Origin: an uncultured Clostridia bacterium | GTDB taxonomy: Bacteria; Bacillota; Clostridia; Oscillospirales; Oscillospiraceae | NCBI GenBank assembly: GCA_945940335.1 | Contig: CAMEWH010000003.1 | Span: forward strand, 8,847 to 72,846 | Direction of reading: 5' to 3' | DNA: 64,000 nt | Shown here: positions 59,427 through 64,000 of the stretch, piece after piece | Numbering within the stretch: the first letter of the stretch is position 1 | How the letters are laid out: every line of letters begins with the position of its first letter | Position numbers and translations under genes: made by a program | Notes under the pieces: model-generated | Told to the model about the DNA's origin: nothing | The model's database searches: none | The model's input: only the letters and a program-made list of their open reading frames with translations

Positions 59427-59441
59427 GGGGCACTTCCTTTC

Positions 59442-59648
59442 TCAGCGTTCCACGGTGATGACGCAATCCGGGCACATGATGGCGCAGGAGGCGCAGCCAA
59501 CGCACTCCTCCGGCTTGGTCAGCTCCACAGGGGTATGCCCCTTCTGGTTCAGCCGTCCCTGGGACAGGGCCAGCAACCCTTTGGGGCAGGCATTGACGCA
59601 CAGGCCGCAGCCCTTGCAGAGCTCTTCGTTAAAGGTCAGTTTTGCCAT
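59442..59648 (-). CDS. 2[4Fe-4S] ferredoxin (oxidoreductase delta subunit)
   Basis: CKGCGLC...CP and CVGCASC...CP. Confidence 0.93.
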   Translation of the reverse strand: MAKLTFNEELCKGCGLCVNACPKGLLALSQGRLNQKGHTPVELTKPEECVGCASCAIMCPDCVITVER

Positions 59649-60337
59649 TAAAATACCTCCGAATCAATCATATAATAGAGTTTCTGAAGGGAAAGTGGGA
59701 ATAAATTTGGAATTTTTCCTTCCAATGACCGGCACAGGTGCTCCGCCGCACAGGTCATTTTCAAGGGCAGCCCCGTCACCCGGGAGAGCTCCTGAGCGTA
59801 GTCCATGCTGGCAAGCACATCCTCTGCTTTGGTCTGCAGGCCCAGGTTGGTATTGTTCACGATGGCGGTAAAGGGAAGGTCACAGGCTTCCTGGATTTCC
59901 CCCATCACCTCCAGAGTATCCGCCACGGTGCGGGTCAGGGGCCGGGAGCGGTTCACCACAAAGAGCATTTCGTAGCTGCCCTCGGCCTTGATGGCCGGAG
60001 TATACCGGCCCAGGGCCAGGGCGCCCCGATCGTCGCCGCCGATGTCCAGCACGCCGTAGGTGGCCGGGTCACTGACCAGGCCGTACGTCTCTTTTGGCAT
60101 GGCGGGCAAATCCACATTGGAATTGGCAAATTCGGAAACAATCAGTCCGATTCCCTCCTCCGCCAGGGCCGCTTCGCTGTCCTTGGTGCGGAAATAGGGG
60201 TTCACAATGTCCAGGTCCGCCACGGTCACGGCCAGGCCCTTCCGCCGAAGATACCGGGCATAGTTCAGGGCGATATTGGTTTTTCCGCTGCCGTAGTGCC
60301 CGGCAAACAGGGTCAGGCGTTTGTAATCCAAAGGCAT
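59648..60337 (-). CDS. P-loop NTPase (MinD/CobQ-like) commonly found ahead of vor operons
   Basis: GHYGSGKT, DLDIVNPYFR, DIGGD..GA. Confidence 0.8.
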   Translation of the reverse strand: MPLDYKRLTLFAGHYGSGKTNIALNYARYLRRKGLAVTVADLDIVNPYFRTKDSEAALAEEGIGLIVSEFANSNVDLPAMPKETYGLVSDPATYGVLDIGGDDRGALALGRYTPAIKAEGSYEMLFVVNRSRPLTRTVADTLEVMGEIQEACDLPFTAIVNNTNLGLQTKAEDVLASMDYAQELSRVTGLPLKMTCAAEHLCRSLEGKIPNLFPLSLQKLYYMIDSEVF

Positions 60338-60423
60338 TGCCTCCTCATTGTGTATCGTGTTGTTTGTAAATTGGAACTAGCGGTGGGTTGAATAGAACCG
60401 GGTTCCGGTTTCCGCCCAGCCAC

Positions 60424-60570
60424 TGTAGGGGAGGCTTGTAGCCTCCCGCGCAGCACAAGGCCAAAAATGCAGAAATATCAGGCGAATTCGTACCAGTTTC
60501 CTACATTTGTACCATTCAACCAAACACTCAGTCACATTACCTGGCGGGAGGCTGATAGCCTCCCCTACAG
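60424..60570. repeat. Inverted GTAG-type REP doublet (REPIN-like)
   Basis: TGTAGGGGAGGCTTGTAGCCTCCCGC ... GCGGGAGGCTGATAGCCTCCCCTACA. Confidence 0.75.
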
Positions 60571-60584
60571 TTGGTGTGCAAATA

Positions 60585-62858
60585 TTACAGCTTATTTCTC
60601 ATGATCTTACCGCTGATGGTCTTGGGCAGCTCGTCCCGGAATTCCACAATGCGGGGATACTTATAAGGCGCGGTGTGCTTTTTCACATAGTCCTGGATTT
60701 CCTTCTTCAGCGCGTCGGTGCCTTCGGTGCCCTTCACCAGCACGATGCTGGCCTTGACCACCTGGCCGCGAACCTCGTCCGGGGCGGCGCTGACGCCGCA
60801 TTCCAGTACATAGGGCAGCTCCATGATGACGTTTTCGATTTCGAAGGGTCCAATGCGGTAGCCGGAGGACTTGATCACATCGTCCGCACGGCCCACATAC
60901 CAGAAGTAGCCGTCCTCATCCCGCCAGGCCACGTCGCCGGTGTGATAGTAACCGTCATGCCACACAGCGGTGGTGCGCTCTTCGTCGTTGTAGTAGCCCA
61001 GGAAGATGCCGCAGGGCTTCTCTCCATTGGGGTCCGCCTTGATAACGATCTCGCCGGACACGCCGTCTTCCACCGGTTTGCCGTCCAAATCCAGGATGTC
61101 GATGCCGTAGCCGGGAATGGGCTTGCCCATGGAGCCGGGCTTGATCATGTCGCCCGTCAGATTGGCGATGCCCAGGGTCATTTCCGTCTGGCCGAAGCCC
61201 TCGGCGATGTGCAGGCCGGTGGCCTTCTCAAACTGGTAGTAGACCTCGGGGTTCAGGGCCTCGCCGGCGGTGGTGGCGTGGTGGATGGAAGAAAGATCAA
61301 ACCGGGACAGGTCCTCCTTGATGAGCATCCGGTACATGGTGGGCGGCGCACAGAAGGTGGTGATATTGTACTTGGCGAACATGGGCAGAATCTTCTCCGC
61401 ATCGAAGCGGTCGAAGTCGTAGGTAAACACGGCGCCCTCGCACAGCCACTGGCCGTAGAGCTTGCCCCACAGGGCCTTGCCCCAGCCGGTTTCGGAAATG
61501 GTGAAGTGCAGGCCTTCCTTTTCCACCCAGTGCCAGTATTTGGCGGTGACGAAGTGGCCCAGGGCGTACTTATAGGAATGGACGGCGATCTTGGGATAGC
61601 CGGTGGTGCCGGAGGTAAAGAACATGAGCATGGGGTCGTCGCCGCAGGGGGCATCGGCGGTGCGGACATAGCGGCGGCTGAACAGGCTGTACTCGCCGTC
61701 GAAGTCGTGCCAGCCCTCCCGCTTGCCGCCCACCAGGATCTTGGTGAGCTTCATATCCACGGCGGCCTCCGCCAGATCCACCTGATGGGCGGTATCCCCG
61801 TCGGCGGTGCAGACGATGGCGGACACGCCGCCGGCCTTGAAGCGGTACTCAAAGTCGTGCTGCAGCAGCTGGTTGGTGGCGGGGATGGCAATGGCGCCGA
61901 TCTTGTGCAGGGCCAGGATGGAATACCAGAACTGGTAGTGGCGCTTGAGCACCAGCATCACCCGGTCCCCCCGCTTGATGCCCAGGGAGGTGAAGTAGTT
62001 GGCCGTCTGGTTGGAAGCGTCCTTCATATCCTTGAAGGTGAAGCGGCGTTCGGTCATGTCGTTGGCCACGTGCACCATGGCCAGCTTGTCCGGATGCTTC
62101 CGGGCGATGGCATCCACGGTGTCGAAGGCGAAATTGTAGCGCTCCGTGTTCTGGAAGTGCATGGCCTTCAGGCTGCCGTCCTCACCCTCTTCAGGCTGGA
62201 TGAACTCCCGGCACAGCAGGCTCTTGTCGGTTTTCTCCTGGATCAGGGGCTTGGCAGTGGTCCACTGCTCCCGCTCGGTAGAGGCCATGATCATGGCCAG
62301 GAACACGCAGTCCTGTCCGCCCACGGCGATCTGGCCATGGGGGGTGGAGCTCTTGAAGAAGATGCTGTCGCCTTCGTGGAGCACTTCCTCATGCTCGCCC
62401 ACCCGGACCTTCAGGGTGCCGCTGACCACCAGATCGAACTCCTGGCCGGAGTGGGTGACGGTGTGAATGGGCTTTTTCTCCTGCTCCGGGTCATATTTGT
62501 AGGTGCACCAGTAAGGGGTGGCCATCTTGTTCTGAAACATGGCGGCCATGTTCTGGATGGTGATGCCGTCCTCCGAGGCGGTGACGGGGCCCTTACCACT
62601 GCGGGTGATGGTGTAACTGGTCAGCCGGGCGCTGTAGCCCTCCAGCAGCTCTGTCAACTCCACACCAAAGGCCAGGGAGCACTTGTGCATAAAGGTGAAG
62701 GGCAGGTCAACGGCGCCGGACTCATATTGAAGATACAGCTCCTCCGGAATTTCCAGCAGCTCTGCCATGGTAGCGGTGGAGTAGCCGATAATCTCCCGCA
62801 TCTCCCGGATACGCTGGGCAACATCCATCAGCTGATTGGTAGTGGTTTGACTCTTCAT
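60585..62858 (-). CDS. XRE-HTH + cupin + acyl-CoA synthetase (AMP-forming) fusion
   Basis: RIREMRE..G...YESG..D HTH; H.GQEF cupin; FTSGTTGYPK, EGFGQTE, YHTGD, GR.DD, LPKT.SGK. Confidence 0.92.
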   Translation of the reverse strand: MKSQTTTNQLMDVAQRIREMREIIGYSTATMAELLEIPEELYLQYESGAVDLPFTFMHKCSLAFGVELTELLEGYSARLTSYTITRSGKGPVTASEDGITIQNMAAMFQNKMATPYWCTYKYDPEQEKKPIHTVTHSGQEFDLVVSGTLKVRVGEHEEVLHEGDSIFFKSSTPHGQIAVGGQDCVFLAMIMASTEREQWTTAKPLIQEKTDKSLLCREFIQPEEGEDGSLKAMHFQNTERYNFAFDTVDAIARKHPDKLAMVHVANDMTERRFTFKDMKDASNQTANYFTSLGIKRGDRVMLVLKRHYQFWYSILALHKIGAIAIPATNQLLQHDFEYRFKAGGVSAIVCTADGDTAHQVDLAEAAVDMKLTKILVGGKREGWHDFDGEYSLFSRRYVRTADAPCGDDPMLMFFTSGTTGYPKIAVHSYKYALGHFVTAKYWHWVEKEGLHFTISETGWGKALWGKLYGQWLCEGAVFTYDFDRFDAEKILPMFAKYNITTFCAPPTMYRMLIKEDLSRFDLSSIHHATTAGEALNPEVYYQFEKATGLHIAEGFGQTEMTLGIANLTGDMIKPGSMGKPIPGYGIDILDLDGKPVEDGVSGEIVIKADPNGEKPCGIFLGYYNDEERTTAVWHDGYYHTGDVAWRDEDGYFWYVGRADDVIKSSGYRIGPFEIENVIMELPYVLECGVSAAPDEVRGQVVKASIVLVKGTEGTDALKKEIQDYVKKHTAPYKYPRIVEFRDELPKTISGKIMRNKL

Positions 62859-62884
62859 AAAGCGTTTCTCTCCTTTTTGGGGAA

Positions 62885-63155
62885 AATAAAAAGACCCGCC
62901 TCAAGCGTAAAACCTTGAGGCGAGTCTGTAAATACATACCCGTGGTACCACTCAAATTGCAGCGCAGGCGCTGCCGCTTCGGATTCCAACAAATCCTATC
63001 CCTTAACGCGGGCAAACGTGGGATGCCTACTGGCCAAACGCGTTCGGGTCCCCGGCTCGGAAGTGATAGGCTTCTGAAGTTCCTGCCGCCGACTCGCACC
63101 ACCCGTCGGCTCTCTGTAAGCAATTCCTTCCGCCGTCTTCGTCACAGCCTTTATC
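62885..63155 (-). promoter_or_regulatory. T-box riboswitch, predicted isoleucine (AUC) specifier, with terminator
   Basis: T-box AATTTGAGTGGTACCACGG (62958-62940); stem I with AGAGA and GGTG motifs; ATC at 63067-63065 before A-CTTC-CGAGC; terminator 62891-62927; promoter TTGACA(63198)-17-TAAAAT. Confidence 0.88.
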
Positions 63156-63285
63156 GCTATACGCCTCAGATTTTACCACCGTTTTATGAAATTGTCAACT
63201 GCATTTTTCGATTCAATCCATTAAAAATTTCGATGGATATCATCGGTTTTTGTGTTTCATACAAGGACAAATGTCCTTGATCGCT

Positions 63286-64000
63286 TCATTTTCCCACCTG
63301 TTCCCCGCTCTGGGCGGTGTCGATGCCGGCGGCGCCCACCAGGCCCAAGCGCTTGGCGGCGTCCTCACGCATTTTGTACTTGAGGATCTTGCCGGCAGCG
63401 TTCATGGGGAAGCTGTCCACAAATTCAATATACTTGGGCACCTTATGCCGGGCCAGGGAGGCGCGGATGTAGGCAAACATCTCCTCCTCCGTGACGGAGC
63501 CGGGCTCCTTCAGGATGATGCAGGCCATGGCCTCCTCGCCGTACTTCTTGTCCGGTACGCCGATGACCTGAACATCCTTCACACCGGGGTGGGTGTAGAT
63601 GAATTCCTCGATCTCCTTGGGATAGATGTTCTCGCCGCCCCGGATGATCATGTCCTTGAGCCGTCCGGTGATGCGGTAGTTGCCGTCGGAATCCCGGCAG
63701 GCCAGATCGCCGGAGTGGAGCCAGCCCTCGGCGTCCACGGTGGACTCGGTGGCGCCGGGCATTTTGTAGTAGCCCTTCATGGTGTTGTAGCCCCGGGAGC
63801 AGAACTCGCCGTTCCGGTTGTCCGGCAGGGTCTCCCCGGTTTCCGGGTCGATGATCTTGCACTCCACATGAGGGAAGGCGTAGCCCACGGTGTTGGTGCG
63901 CAGGTCCAGAGAATCGTCCCAGGCGCTCATGGTGGAGCCGGGGGCGGACTCGGTCTGGCCGTAGACGCTGACGATGCCGGTCATGTTCATCTCGTCCGAA
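63286..64000 (-). CDS. Acyl-CoA synthetase (AMP-binding), C-terminal part; 5' end outside the window
   Basis: [32 protein letters not shown]...GKI.K. Confidence 0.92.
   Translation of the reverse strand, partial: SDEMNMTGIVSVYGQTESAPGSTMSAWDDSLDLRTNTVGYAFPHVECKIIDPETGETLPDNRNGEFCSRGYNTMKGYYKMPGATESTVDAEGWLHSGDLACRDSDGNYRITGRLKDMIIRGGENIYPKEIEEFIYTHPGVKDVQVIGVPDKKYGEEAMACIILKEPGSVTEEEMFAYIRASLARHKVPKYIEFVDSFPMNAAGKILKYKMREDAAKRLGLVGAAGIDTAQSGEQVGK

Overview
64-kb stretch of a GC-rich Clostridia-type (Firmicutes) chromosome. From left to right: (1) 1-2.4 kb, the end of an integrative element, with the 3' part of a large serine recombinase, an AT-rich two-gene cargo operon of unknown function and a candidate att site; (2) 2.6-7.6 kb, a decaying iron/metal-regulated region (cbiK fragment, DUF454 pseudogene, internally collapsed CydDC-like ABC genes, HMA protein, flavodoxin, interrupted DUF3793, truncated class C group II intron); (3) 7.7-22.2 kb, two cobalamin riboswitches controlling a FecCD/Btu-type ABC importer, an exported CbiK, an exported NEAT-like protein and the anaerobic corrin ring genes cbiA,C,D,L,F,G,H and a cbiJ-E-T fusion; (4) 23-33.7 kb, a LacI-controlled alpha-glucoside locus (GH65, GH125, ABC, CtsY-type GH31, beta-PGM); (5) 34-53 kb, a second LacI sugar locus (FucI-like isomerase, split transketolase, DUF1593, ABC, apiosidase-like DUF4038 protein, esterases) with a glycerate kinase nearby; (6) 53-64 kb, rlmI-like, ilvE, C-N hydrolase, a four-subunit 2-oxoacid:ferredoxin oxidoreductase and an XRE-cupin acyl-CoA synthetase under an Ile-specifier T-box. 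At least three families of long palindromic miniature repeats are scattered between or inside genes; one (about 161 bp, 3 copies) shows strong strand-specific covariation. No rRNA, tRNA or CRISPR array was seen. All protein assignments come from motif recognition by eye, not from database searches.
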